A stretch of DNA of 64,000 bases, taken from assembly GCF_001194135.2 (NCBI RefSeq), contig NC_068984.1, positions 135,722,342 through 135,786,341 on the forward strand, given 5' to 3'. The position numbers and the translations under genes were made by a program. This DNA is from Octopus bimaculoides. Its lineage: Eukaryota. Below the pieces are notes generated by a model. That model searched no databases. It had not been told where the DNA came from and worked only from the letters and a program-made list of their open reading frames with translations. Below, piece by piece: positions 37,416 to 50,344 of this stretch (its first letter is position 1; each line of letters opens with the position of its first letter).

Positions 37416-40133
37416 CTATAAAAATTCTAAATGATTATAGAAAAGGATGAAGTAACATCATGCGTGATTATCACCCACCCAACCCGCATATCCACTTTGC
37501 AGACAACACAAAATTAGCCTGCTTCATTGAACCACATCATTACTCGCAACTGCAAAACAGAACATCCATAATGAATTCAACAGCTTAAATCTCCCGCTTG
37601 TAAAATACTAACATAGGGATCGGCAAATGTTGAATAATCGTCGAAAAATTAAAATGCTTTAAAGAAATACGTAACCCAATTGGAAAATTATAATTTTGTA
37701 TATAATACTCTTTTGCCTGTTTGAGCTCCAGAGTTGTGGTCATGCTGGGACACAGCAATAATGTTTAAGAAAGATTGAATAGTTTTGAAACTGTAATTCG
37801 TTTAGTAAACTTAGTAAATAGGAATTCATGTGTCGCATCAACTACCAATGTCACAATTATAAGAGAGCTACTTTTCTTGTCCATCGTTAGGATGAGCGTG
37901 GTCGATATCATTGACAAGTCACTTTAGCGTGCTGTTGAAGCACAGTCGTTTCCAGTGAAGGAAACAAGTGAAAATTTAAGCGAGTAAAGAGACAATATGA
38001 ATTGACAAAGTCGTCCAAATTTCGTCTAAATGTCTTCGGTTTTTAGTTATGTCCCTTCATAATTTAAATTCCAATCTCAACAACGAGACAGAAGTCAACT
38101 GTGATGGCCATCATTCTGGAGGTGATAAAAATGAAGAAGTATGCAAATGCTAGAGTCGGTTTAATATTCGTATGAAGCATCCGCCATGTGAATATAATTT
38201 ACTGTATGAGCTGTAAACAAATTTTAAACAACAATTAAACAATAAAATTGATTTAATATTCGAACGTATATATATTCTAAACTGCAATACAATTCTTTAA
38301 ATAATTCACACAGAAACTACTTTGAAAATTATATCAAAAGATGGGTAATTCATAATCTAATTTAATCAAGTTCTAATGAAAACGTAAGAGCGAGACATGT
38401 TTGGTATTAAATATACCAAAGTGTAATTATTATGAAATTGGTTTCTTTAAGTAAGTTAGAAAAACAATTATTTATCAGACAGAGCGAAAAACATACATAT
38501 TCTTTTTTCTCAATATATGACTCCTTGGCTATCTACATCAGAATTATTAGTAAAACTATTAATAATATATATATAATATTCATATTTTGTTTGATATTTA
38601 GAAGAGTATTACTGCTAAGGACGTCACGGAGGCGTTGTTCAAAGACAGCATTTACTACACCATACAAATGATGTCTCAATTTATTAGTACACAAATATAC
38701 TAACCGCATCAATTCACACTTAAAACCTACCTTCTTCGCTATTTATATGATTGGTCAGCTGAGCAAATTGATGGTTTGAGAAGAATTAAACCACTTCTTT
38801 TCCACTTCTTACTTTGATGATTAAAGTCACCAATATGTGTCTCTCTAAGTTGAACAGATTCAATATGTTGTTGCTTTTTAATATAGTTGATGTTGTTATT
38901 GTTGTATTTGCTACCAACTCAGTCTTCATTGCAGTTATACTTGTTATTCTAATATCCCGACATTACTGACACCTCAACAAACAACAATGATCAGACATAG
39001 AGCCAAGATTGTTTACGAAATCTAACGAATGGGATTCTTATGGGAAGTAATAAAATGCGTTGTATATGGTATAACTGAAGCCAGTGACTTCATTTTCTTT
39101 AATTCATAGAATTCATAGTGCTGAAAACTACATCCATCTCCTTTGATTTTATTGCAGTCACTTTCAAGTTATCTTTCTGATATCAGTATTTTAATATAAA
39201 GTATCATCGTTAATATTTACAAACGAGCAGCCGATTGAATATATGATTACTTATATTGGGTTACTCTCTCACTAACTGAACTTATTATGCAGCAAATTGG
39301 AAAATTACACTGACTGTGTAATATATTTCATTGACAAAGCCACGGTCTTTACAAGCTGAAATAGATAGTCATAAAATCCGATTGACATCTTGCCATCGAA
39401 GGTCGAATGTCGAAACGAAATCTTCACAAGGAATTAAAGGAACTTCATACGTCTAGAACTTATTAATGAGGAAATTATTCCTTCCGAAATTTAATCTAGA
39501 CATGAAGGAATTTCATAGAATGAGTTGGTGACTTCATTCCTTAATGCCATGTCTAAAAGTAATAACAGTAAAATCTTTTGAACAGAGTTATCAATTGCAA
39601 TATCACTTTAGTCTCGATCATCTATCAAATAATTAAACAAATCTGAGAAGAAAAGATTTCTATACCAACATTCTACATTTAACACAAACGTCATGTATTA
39701 TATAGTGTACAACTATCTTTAAGTTAGGTAACAGAATTCAAGCTACATTAATTTTTGATATTTTTCTTTTAATACAAAATTAACCATGTGAAATATCTGT
39801 CAATGGATTACTTTCCAAGATATGTTATATAAAATCAAAAGAGATGTAAGATGATGTGTATTGAGAATAGATATTTAGTGTTTCGTGCAGGATACTTGTA
39901 TAGACTATATCGAGCGTTAGATATTTGCATAATCTTTACGTCTTAACACGTCATAGAAACTAACATTTCTGCTAACAATTTCCAAAAATGAAGTAATTGT
40001 GCTGATGAATATAATCAATGAATGAATTACTATAAGTTTAGTGATTACTTTCAGTTTATTTGGTGTATAATTCATTTCTGATTTCTCGTTGTATAATAAC
40101 GTTTGCTGATAATAATTTCATAANNNNNNNNNN

Positions 40134-40188
<55 letters not shown>

Positions 40189-40795
40189 GTGAGGGTTTGT
40201 GAGTATATGCGCGTATCAATGAATGTTTATCAATTTTTTTGTCATTTTCCTTACATATTAAACAAAATAAATATCTTATTTCTTATTTTATTAGGGCAAT
40301 ATTATATAGTGAGAATATACCTTAATTCAAAATATAAGATGTTTAAATGTATCTCGTTGGTATTTTTTTAAATTCTCAGTATACATGATCCCATAGTGGA
40401 ATAACATTAACCAAGTGAATATGTATTAGAATAGCTATCATAGCACCTTACATCCTGGTGTCTGTTTGTGTTTGCACACATACTCACATATGATGGCCGA
40501 GTGATCCAACTTGAGAAAGTTAGTAAGCTGTGAGCATGTATTCAACCCGTATACATAAGTAAAAGTGGATACTATACGATAAAACGAAATCAGCTAAGCT
40601 GATTCTGTGTAAGCTACAACTGATGTATCAAGCATTACTCTGCAATGAAACAATTGTTGTCTGTTTTACTTTTTCCATTCCTTACATATATATATATAAT
40701 TGTTTTCAGAAAGAAGATTGATTAGAAATACTCTCACAATATAGAGGTTTGGACTTAGAAGTGCACAAGTATAACTTGAAACGAAAGATATAAAT

Positions 40796-41453
40796 ATGTA
40801 ATGTGAAGAAACAAAAGACCTGGTAATTCAGTCTGCAAGCATGACTCCGAAAAGAGATGGATTTAAAGAACAATTATACATGATAGGTTGTAATATATAA
40901 ATACGCAGACCTGTTTTTTAAAAATATAAATCAATAAAGTTATACATTTATATATTTGTGTAAAGTAATAGCTTTTAAAGAATCTCCGGATGCAGACATA
41001 AAAACGTTAAAACATGCCTGTATAGATAAAAAGTTGGAGAACGTCTGAAGTGGTGATGGAAACGAAGTAATAGATACAATGAGGAGCGAAAATTAAAATT
41101 AAAGTAGGGCACCCATTCTCTGCTGTTTGGGTATTCTACTTTTAACTAATTTTAACGATCCCGAATCTTAACTTCGCTCCTCATTGTATCTTTTAGTTCG
41201 TTTCCATCACCACTTCAGACTTTCTCCAATATTCTTATCTATACACGCAAGTTTTAGCGTTTTGATGTCTACATCCGGAGATTCTTTAAAATCTATTACT
41301 TTAAACATATATATATATATTTTAATATATTTATTTACTTATACATTTTTATATATTTTCAATCGTTCATGTACAATTGTCCATTAAATTCATCTCTAAT
41401 CGGCGTAATGTTTGCAGACTGAATTACCAGGTCTTTGTTTTTTCACATTACAT
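40796..41453. repeat. Long inverted repeat / foldback-like element, ~320-bp arms, loop about 12 nt
   Basis: ATGTAATGTGAAGAAACAAAAGACCTGGTAATTCAGTCTGCAA...GTCTGAAGTGGTGATGGAAACGAA...GATACAATGAGGAGCGAA pairs with TTCGCTCCTCATTGTATC...TTCGTTTCCATCACCACTTCAGAC...TTGCAGACTGAATTACCAGGTCTTTG...TTCACATTACAT. Confidence 0.9.
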
Positions 41454-43127
41454 GTGTGTGTGTGTGTGTACAGGGAAGGGGAGAAAGAAAAGAGAGACAG
41501 AAAACCGCTAGTACCGTGAATAAAATAAAAATGGTGAGCATGCACCAGTATCGAACACGATTCTAGGAATTCTTATATGCTTTAACCAACTTTTGTACCA
41601 CACACTATCTGACAAAATGAATTCTTCAAGATACCGATTTTATTTTTAAATACTTGATAGATGATCATTTAGGTTTTATGTCTTTGTATTTTCCATAGAA
41701 ATATTTGATGATGTTCTCGTTGTACAACCAAATATAAAACACAACGTATTTTACTCGATACAACTGAAAATTAAAATATCGCAATACATTTTATGTCAAT
41801 TTTTTATGCAATGCTATTTTGACTGGTTTATATCTAAACAGTTTAGCATTTAATTTTCGAAATGAAAGTAGAATTTATTTACGAATTACATATTGTTTTC
41901 CTCATTGATAATTGTCATGTTTATTGCCGCTATCTTAATTGTGTGATAAAAAATAACGTAAAACCTTAATATCTAATATAACTGGAGTCACTTAAGCAAC
42001 TGTCTTATGTTTGCCTCAATTTTCTTTGCATATTGTTTTAATAAATGCACATCGAATTAAAATAAAATGAAATAGGCGACAGCGATAAAATTAACATAAT
42101 TGTCAGCAATATGAGTACATAAAAAGTTAATTAGAAAAGAAAGTCAGGTGGGATCAATATTTCACTACAAATTTATAGTCATCTTTGCATTCCTTTATAT
42201 CCAATTTTGTGAAATATTGTACTTTGTAGGAGATTTAGAGCAGAATTGTATATATTTCCTCACTAAATTTAATTATTGTGTTATGGCAAACAATGATGCC
42301 TGCTGTAACTTTCAAAGTATGTTTATAGATAATACCGCTTCAAGCTATTTAACAATTTCCACGACCAGCCTCATATGAAATTTTCTTTACTGTAAGAATA
42401 TGGTTGTGACAATGTTCAGTGTAGTACCAACACGCCCACTGATCTTATATCTAATTACGACATCATATTAGCAACATTTTATATTATACTAGCATCACCC
42501 ACGGAAATTTCACGACTAATTTGAAAATTCAAAGATGAAATAGTATATTTTTCTGAAGACTTTCATTTCTGGCATGTATAAATGTCTACATAGCTAGTAC
42601 TGAAGACACACTATCAACATCTTTGAGAGCTACGTTGTTACACTTTGAGCTATACGATATTTACGTACAATATTCATGACATCATTGATGTTAAATTCAG
42701 CAATCTGTTTCCTGTTTTTATGTCTTTCTCGTTCATTTATATATTTCTATCTTAAACTCATTCTGACATCTGTTGTAAATACTGAATGCTTTCTTTTCCA
42801 TATATATATATTTTCATATTCTAAGCTGCTATACCCATGCTTCTAGTAATTCGTCTCTCTTCTGCTGTCTACGCTGCAACCGAAGCCTTGTCATTCTTTC
42901 TCTTGTTATCTAGTGGCATTTATCATTATTTATATTTTATAAACAAATATGATTCCGTTGATGAACGATAATTAATTATATGTGTTTCGTAATGGGCGAT
43001 ATAAGAATATAAATAAAAAAAACACTACACATTTCGCTGTCCAACAATCAACGCTACTTCCGTTATCCAATACACCTACCAACGCTACACCATTATACCT
43101 ATCAGCAGCATGCGTCTCTTTCTTACG

Positions 43128-43285
43128 CACTAATTTTTTCTCTCTCTCTCTTTCACTCACTAATCTTCTCTCTCTCTCTCTCACTCACTCACTAATTTTC
43201 TCTCTCTCTCTCACTCACTCACTAATTTTCTCACTCTCTCTTTCTCACTCTCTAATTTTCTCTCTCTCTCTCTCTCACTCACTAA

Positions 43286-43322
<37 letters not shown>

Positions 43323-43735
43323 ACTAATCTTCTCTCTCTCTCTCACCCACTCACTAATTTTCTTTCTCTCTCTCACTCACTCACTAATCTTCTCACTCTC
43401 TCTCTCTCACTCACTAATTTTCTCTCTCTCTCTCTCTCACTCACTAATTTTCTATCTCTCTCTCTCACTCACTAATTTTCTCTCTCTCTCTCACACTCAC
43501 TAATCTTCTCACTCTCTCTCTCTCTCACTCACTAATTTTCTCTCTCTCTCTCTCTCTCACTCACTAATTTTCTCTCTCTCTCGTACTCACTCACTAATTT
43601 TCTCTCTCTCTCGTACTCACTCACTAATTTTCTCTCTCTCTCTCTCTCTCTCACTCACTAATTTTCTCTCTCTCTCTCTCACTCACTAATTTTCTCTGTC
43701 TGTCTCTCTCACTCACTAAATTTTTTCTCTCTCTC
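43128..43735. repeat. Composite minisatellite [CTCACTCACTAATTTT(CT)n], about 20 units
   Basis: A constant CACTAAT(T/C)TTCT core recurs every ~28-43 bp, separated by variable (CT)n. Confidence 0.95.
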
Positions 43736-45662
43736 CCTTCACATCTCTTCCTCACTCTCTCTCATCTTCCCTCCTTTTAAGACAGTTCGTCAAGATCACT
43801 AATAACGGCGAGCGGCTTTTTATTCATTCGATCTGAATGGATTCTGAACCCGGCAGTATTCCTATTCCGCACGTCTAAATGCATGAACAAAATTGTGTTG
43901 TTTCTATCATTTAACACGTGATTTCTTATACCTTAAAACCCCAACTTCTGAAAGTAAACTTGTGATCACTTGTGGAATTTGTACCACACAGCTAATCAGC
44001 CTACTGGAAGTTGCTGACGTTCCAATATTCTGCAATTTGTAATTAACGCCTCTTCTATAAAAATGCTTATTCGTTTTCCGTCACACACACACACACACGC
44101 ACACACATACACATACACGCACAAACACACACACGCGCGCAATTAACCAAACAACAGCATGCAAACACACAACACGCGCACACATATATATGGATGTGTG
44201 TAACAATGTATTCTGACATGCATTCCAGAATAATGAGGAAATTTAATATGTGGTTTCAAGGTTGTGCACTTACATTCTCATGTATTTATTATAACATGCA
44301 AATTAATGCAAATTTAATGTAATATTTATAAAGCCAATGCTGTAATTGATTGCAAGGATTTTAATTATTTTTGCTAATTCTTCATCACAAAAAAACACTG
44401 CTTTGTATTATTTAACATTTATCAAACGCTTGTTTGGTTAGTGTTTTGGCAATTCTACAGCTACATAATTGTTGTCACTCTGGAGATAGTTGGCTAAGTC
44501 AAATATATATAGCCAGTGTGATAGTTACACCCACACCCACACACTCACACACAAACACAGATACACACATACACACATACACAAATATAATTATATATAG
44601 AGAGAGTTAGTAAAATTCCAGCAGTCTATAGTTGGTATAAAAAAAAAACAATAATAGTTTACTGGTGCAGAAGGTTACAAGTTTTTCCCATATCGAAATT
44701 CAATAATCCGAGAAAAGTCGTTTTATGATTCACGCTTCTCTATAACTGCGAATAAAAATCCAAATCTAGGAAACGGAACAGGTAAACTCCAGGTTTCATA
44801 TGTTTCCTAGCGAGTGGAAACTCGGAATTAATAATTACACAACTAAGATTACACAACTAGCTGCTCATCAGGCCGAAGATGTCTTAGTTTGCTCTGTAGT
44901 GTTTGACTGCGAAGGGCTATTTTGCGTTACTATTATAACCAGTAGTTTGCGCGTACTTCAGATCTGTTAATAATTCCGTTCGAGTTGGCATTGATGCTGC
45001 TGAAATATACATTGGAAACTTGAGAAGATAAGAATCTGTTTAAATTAACAAATGCAGCCCAGAGAATAATGAGAGATTGGAAAGATAAGTTGATTGGATA
45101 ATACATCAACGCAAAACATCCCCTAATATACGCTTTGACTACGGAGGACAGAGATCAGCTATCAACAGTATAACTTCTTAAGAAGTCTAAAATAGGTGTC
45201 ATAACTAGGTTAGAGTACTAACCACCGACATGTATTATTTTTTATGCTACATTATCTCGGTTTTAAAATAATTAAAACATTAAATAGATAGAAAGATAGA
45301 TAGATAGAGAGGTAAAGAGATAGATATTCATAATTTACTACTAGTAAAACAGAGAAACACACACAAAGAAACGCTGTCCTTCTATTGCTCAAAATGGCGC
45401 CCATGCAAGTATATATATATATATATATATATNNNNNNNNNNNNNNNNNNNNNNNNNNNNNNNNNNNNNNNNNNNNNNNNNNNNNNNNNNNNNNNNNNNN
45501 NNNNNNNNNNNNNNNNNNNNNNNNNNNNNNNNNNNNNNNNNNNNNNNNNNNNNNNNNNNNNNNNNNNNNNNNNNNNNNNNNNNNNNNNNNNNNNNNNNNN
45601 NNNNNNNNNNNNNNNNNNNNNNNNNNNNNNNNNNNNNNNNNNNNNNNNNNNNNNNNNNNNNN

Positions 45663-45728
<66 letters not shown>

Positions 45729-46507
45729 TGTGCGTGTCTGTTCAGAATACATACCTATATATTTACATAAACACGTACATAGTCAAAGATTCGAAATGTC
45801 TTAATGATCACAAATGCTTTGCGTAGATCTTGAGACGGAGACATACGTATGCGCATATATCATACATACAGCATACATACAAACTGAAGGAGCTTGAACG
45901 TTAATCAATACGATATCTGCCATGACATCTCTATCGATCACATGCAACCAACTTCGTATGAATTACCACTCAGGAACGCTGAAATAAATTTTCATTGTAA
46001 TTAACACAACTATTGATGTCATTGTCAGCAATTTCAGAATTCAGGGCGCCATTGCTAATTCTTATTTTGTCGTGAATTAGTTTCCGACAGATTAGGCAAA
46101 AATGTTTCCAGATTACAAATTACTAATTAGATTTTCCGATATTTGTGGTCAAAGGCGTAAATGTATTTTTTATAGAAGATTTAGATAAAATACCTGTCAG
46201 GGTAGCCAAGGTTTCATAATTAAATATCTTATTTCTCTTAACATTTATTCAATACCTTATGCGTGCGCCATCTACAAAATGTTCTTTCAATGTTAACTCA
46301 CTTAAAGCTTGAAAATAACAAAAATACAATTCAAAACAAGGAATTTAACGATTTTTTCCTCCTTATATGGAGTCCAGATTTTACAATCATTTCATCTTTG
46401 TCTCTCGTTCACATCACTTTATACAACTGGTGTTTGAGCGTATAATGTACGTGATATATCTACAAAGACATATTCATATTTATAAGTATAACTGGGAATC
46501 TGTTTGC

Positions 46508-46618
<111 letters not shown>

Positions 46619-46676
46619 TGTGTTTGTGTGTGTATACGTATATATATATTTATATATATATATGTATATATGTATG

Positions 46677-46723
<47 letters not shown>

Positions 46724-46728
46724 ATGTG

Positions 46729-46763
<35 letters not shown>

Positions 46764-46814
46764 ATACATATTTATGTGTGTATATATACATATGTGTATG
46801 TCTATCTATATTTA

Positions 46815-47130
46815 CATATATACCAAACTAGTCTGAACAATATTTTTTGTTTATCAATGGTAAAAATTTTAAGTTATGAATTTAGAAAAACATCTTTGTT
46901 TATCAATGGTAAAAATTTAAAGTTATGAATTAGATAAACATCTTAAAAGTTTCAAAGTTGACGAATTAAAATGGTTCAATGTTGACAAATTAACATGTTC
47001 ATAAAAGATAAATTTAGCATTATGAATTAGGAGGACAGTTGTAAGTTTGAATGTTCATAGCAGTCAATAATATTATAAGCGTATATCAATTAGTTTGAAT
47101 ATACAAAGTTCATTAATTTTAGTGGTAGTC
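46815..47130. repeat. AT-rich dispersed repeat, copy 2 (with an internal ~48-bp tandem duplication)
   Basis: Similar to 37110-37330; TTTGTTTATCAATGGTAAAAATTT.AAGTTATGAATT.AGA.AAACATC occurs twice in tandem. Confidence 0.7.
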
Positions 47131-47139
47131 GACAAGTCA

Positions 47140-47715
47140 TACTGAAAAAGTCAAGGGAGAAATGAAAATATTGAAAAAAAGGGAATTTGGTTGGCAGTTT
47201 CTTTGATCCTCTTTCTGTAGACGCTTTCGTGTGTAGTGTTATGTTTTGGGATCTGATGTATTTATAATTTTTTGTGCGAGTAGGTGTGAATTTTGATTCT
47301 TTAAAATACTGATGGGTTTTTTCCGGTGTTCAAGCTTGTCGTTCTGCCTGGTTGCTTTCCCTGTGGAGACGGTCATAAATCGTTCTGGTTTGTTGGTTCT
47401 CTTAAAGGGCCATGTCGTTGTATTTGCTGAAATTCGGTTTTGATTGGTCTGGAGTTAGGTGAGTCAGCAACTGGTATTTGTAAAATTTCATTGGACTAGA
47501 GGTAGGTGAGGTCGGCAACTGGTGTTTTTTATGGTGAATATGTAGCTACGATTTCGGAACCCGGGTGGAAGATTGTTACTAAAGATTTTTGAAAAAACTG
47601 TTTGTTGTTCCTGTTTATTATTTTTTTTGTGTTGAAGTTAAGTCTTTTTACTTTTCTTTTTAAGCTTTTTCTTCTTTCTTAGGGTTATTCAGCTGTGGTT
47701 TATATGTTTTAATCA
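47140..47715 (-). mobile_element. Possible Penelope-like element 3' end / pseudo-LTR remnant
   Basis: The minus strand reads RRKSLKRKVKRLNFNTKKIINRNNKQFFQKSLVTIF (weakly like GIY-YIG C-termini ending in NRD.G), then two CCAAT boxes in duplicated CCAGTTGC.GAC/TCACCTA units and a TATAAAT; it lies just downstream of a hammerhead-like motif. Confidence 0.3.
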
Positions 47716-47837
47716 GTTTTGTTTTCCATATATATNNNNNNNNNNNNNNNNNNNNNNNNNNNNNNNNNNNNNNNNNNNNNNNNNNNNNNNNNNNNNNNNN
47801 NNNNNNNNNNNNNNNNNNNNNNNNNNNNNNNNNNNNN

Positions 47838-47886
<49 letters not shown>

Positions 47887-48000
47887 CTGTGTGTATGTGT
47901 CTATGTTTATGTGTGTGTGAGTGTAAGTGTGTGTGTCTGTGTGTGTTTTTACACTAAAGGATTGATACAGAAGAGGCAGTGTAACTCGTAGCTTTATTTA

Positions 48001-48107
48001 GCACAACAATCGTTTCGGCTTCCTTCTGCTCTGCTGTCTAGAGTGTGTGGGACACTTTAATAACATCAGATGCAACGCACAATGCAGAAAGCCTCATCAG
48101 GTGGCGC
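48001..48107 (-). ncRNA. Type I hammerhead-ribozyme-like motif
   Basis: Minus strand: stem I CAC/GUG; core CUGAUGA; stem II GGCUU+UCUGC paired with GCAGA+AAGCC around a ~55-nt loop; GAAA; minimal stem III AC-GAUU-GU; cleavage triplet GUU; AAUAAA 3 nt after stem I. Confidence 0.6.
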
Positions 48108-48890
48108 AACATGCTTCAAAATATATGACTTCGTTCCTAGTTATATGTTGGTGTTGCGATACTTCATTTTAATGTCTCCCTTCTACACCTTAAATATAAA
48201 TTTCATTTTTATTTTATTCTTGTCTTTGTAAATCATTTTATTATATATGCAAGTGTTCTTCATTTTAAACCAACTTCCTCGTGTGTACGAGCAGCGAAGC
48301 GAACTACAACTATCAAAATGTAGTCTAATGGAAATAAGCCAAAGAGAGATGAAAAACGAGATACCTTTCCACAAGTCGACTGATCAAACACATCTGCACC
48401 TGTGAGGTACCACAACTATTAGTCATCTCATACGCATAGCATCGGTGCAAGATGGGTCTAAATAATCGTAGTGAATAATAAAGAGACTTGTGAATTCCAT
48501 TTCCTTTATTAACGCTACGGGTATGAAGGAAGTCCTCGTGTAATTACAGTGGTATTTATATCCATACTGTCGGTGACATCAAGGGGCCGAATACTGTGCG
48601 TGGGCCTTAAACGGCATCCTAAAAGGGCTATACCCAAATTTTAAATTATGAAACACACACACGTACACACACACGTACACACACACGTACACACACACGT
48701 ACACACACAGACACACACACACGCACACGTACATATATACATATATACATAAAAACATATATATCTAAATATGCAATGTTAACGTATGATGAGTCTGTTT
48801 ATAGCTGTTACCGGTTAGTTTATGTTGAGCAGATGAGATATATTGTGATGCATATTGATGTATATACATCGACATATGTATATACATATA

Positions 48891-49102
48891 CAGGGTGTCC
48901 ACAAAGTCTGGGTACCTGAAGTAAATAAAATCATTACATAAACAAGTAAATATAAGAAATAATAATTTCTTAAAGTATGTGTTTATCCCCATGCCGGTAT
49001 ATGGAGTAAATAAAATCATAACATAACCAATCAAATATAAGAAATCATAATTTCTTAAAGTATGTGTTAATCCCCATCTACCCAGACTTTCTGGACACCC
49101 TG
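48891..49102. mobile_element. Tc1/mariner-type MITE (212 bp, 24-bp TIRs, TA target duplication)
   Basis: TA|CAGGGTGTCCACAAAGTCTGGGTA ... TACCCAGACTTTCTGGACACCCTG|TA, one TIR mismatch; the interior is two ~76-bp direct repeats. Confidence 0.9.
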
Positions 49103-49171
49103 TATATCGATGAGACTAAAGCCAACACACACACGCACGCACACACACACGCACACACACACTCACTCACA

Positions 49172-49214
<43 letters not shown>

Positions 49215-49444
49215 ATAATTTCACACATACAAGCACAAACTCATAATCGTGCAAACATACATGCATATAATGTGCATACATACATTACAATTATACATAT
49301 ATACATTCGTACATACATAAATGTACATACACACATATATAAATATTATGTATTCATGTATGTATTCAAGTATATATGCATGCATATATGTATATACGTA
49401 TGTATATTTTTATGTATCTATGGTTGTAAACGAATTTGAAGTGA

Positions 49445-49826
49445 ACATAATTAATGCGTTTGAAATGTGAGTGTATAGGAATGTTACGAGACTCTTAGAA
49501 GGATTACATGAGGAATTAATGGATATTATATCATGTAGGTGAAAGTCTACAAGTCTTGAACACTGAGAAAAAAACAAAAGCACATCTGTTATGGCCATAT
49601 TCGAAAAACCGGCTGATTGGAAAACATTACTATTTCAGGAAGTGTAGAGGGCCGCAGTTTAAGGGGCGAGCAAGGAAGATACTGGAGAGAAAATATCAAG
49701 TGCTGGCTCAAGGGCCGAGGAAGCTGGAGAACTTCCACTTAATCGAGACGACTTCCCTTGTAGTGTCAGTTGTGCACTGCAGTCGTACGACATATGGCGA
49801 CGGCGACGACGACGTCTCTGCCTTGA
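49445..49826 (+). mobile_element. Decayed RTE-clade LINE, 3' end
   Basis: INAFEM*VYR/MLRDS*KD...YGHIRKTG*LENITISGSVEGRSLRGEQGRYWRENIKCW matches the RTE terminus (AFEMWCYRRMLRISW...YGHV.R..GL.K.ILQG.VEG.R.RGR.R..W.DNI..W); (GAC)n-like tail. Confidence 0.8.
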
Positions 49827-49846
49827 GCGATGAACGCCGTTCAGTC

Positions 49847-50150
49847 CAGGGGTTCTCGACCACTTTCTATCTATAGACTCCTCTCATTATAATGTTTTTA
49901 TTTGGTGGACCCCCATAGCCATTCGATGCTTAAAAACTATATTTACTAAATTTCCTACTTTGTTTGTCGTACATTAACTTGTGTAGGTCGAACTATGTAA
50001 AATGCTAAAGAAAGAAACCTGGCTGCCTCCTTTACAGTAAAATGTTTTTAGGGGTCCTTAAATTAATATTACACATCTCCAATTTAGTATTTTGTTTCGT
50101 GAACCCCCAAACATGTCAAGGGCCATATGGACTCTTGTTGAGAACCACTG
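49847..50150. mobile_element. hAT (Charlie/MER5-like) MITE, 304 bp
   Basis: TIRs CAGGGGTTCTCGAC / GTTGAGAACCACTG (12/14); the flanking 8-mers GTTCAGTC and GTTTAAGC (5/8) fit a decayed 8-bp TSD. Confidence 0.75.
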
Positions 50151-50344
50151 GTTTAAGCGTTCAGTGTTGTGTCCTCACAAAAACTACGAGTATTTTATCA
50201 TTGAGATCCCACCCGTCCGCAGCTCGAACAGCACGAGATGTCATCCTGAAGTTAGAATGATAGATATGCTGGTAGCAGTAGTGAGAGAAAGACAAGAATC
50301 GGCTTACCGAGAGGACTGCTATCGTATTTATCGAACCAGAGATA

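Noticed and set aside
43128-43735. Regularly spaced conserved core resembling a CRISPR array
   Set aside because: The 'spacers' are (CT)n microsatellite rather than unique sequence, the context is eukaryotic and there are no cas genes
44766-44880. Second CTGATGAG...GAAAC motif on the minus strand
   Set aside because: No G-C closure of stem II before GAAA and no compatible stem I/III; not called a hammerhead
45050-45180. RIMRDWKDKLIG*...LTTEDRDQLSTV, faintly like an RTE C-terminus
   Set aside because: Too short and degenerate to support
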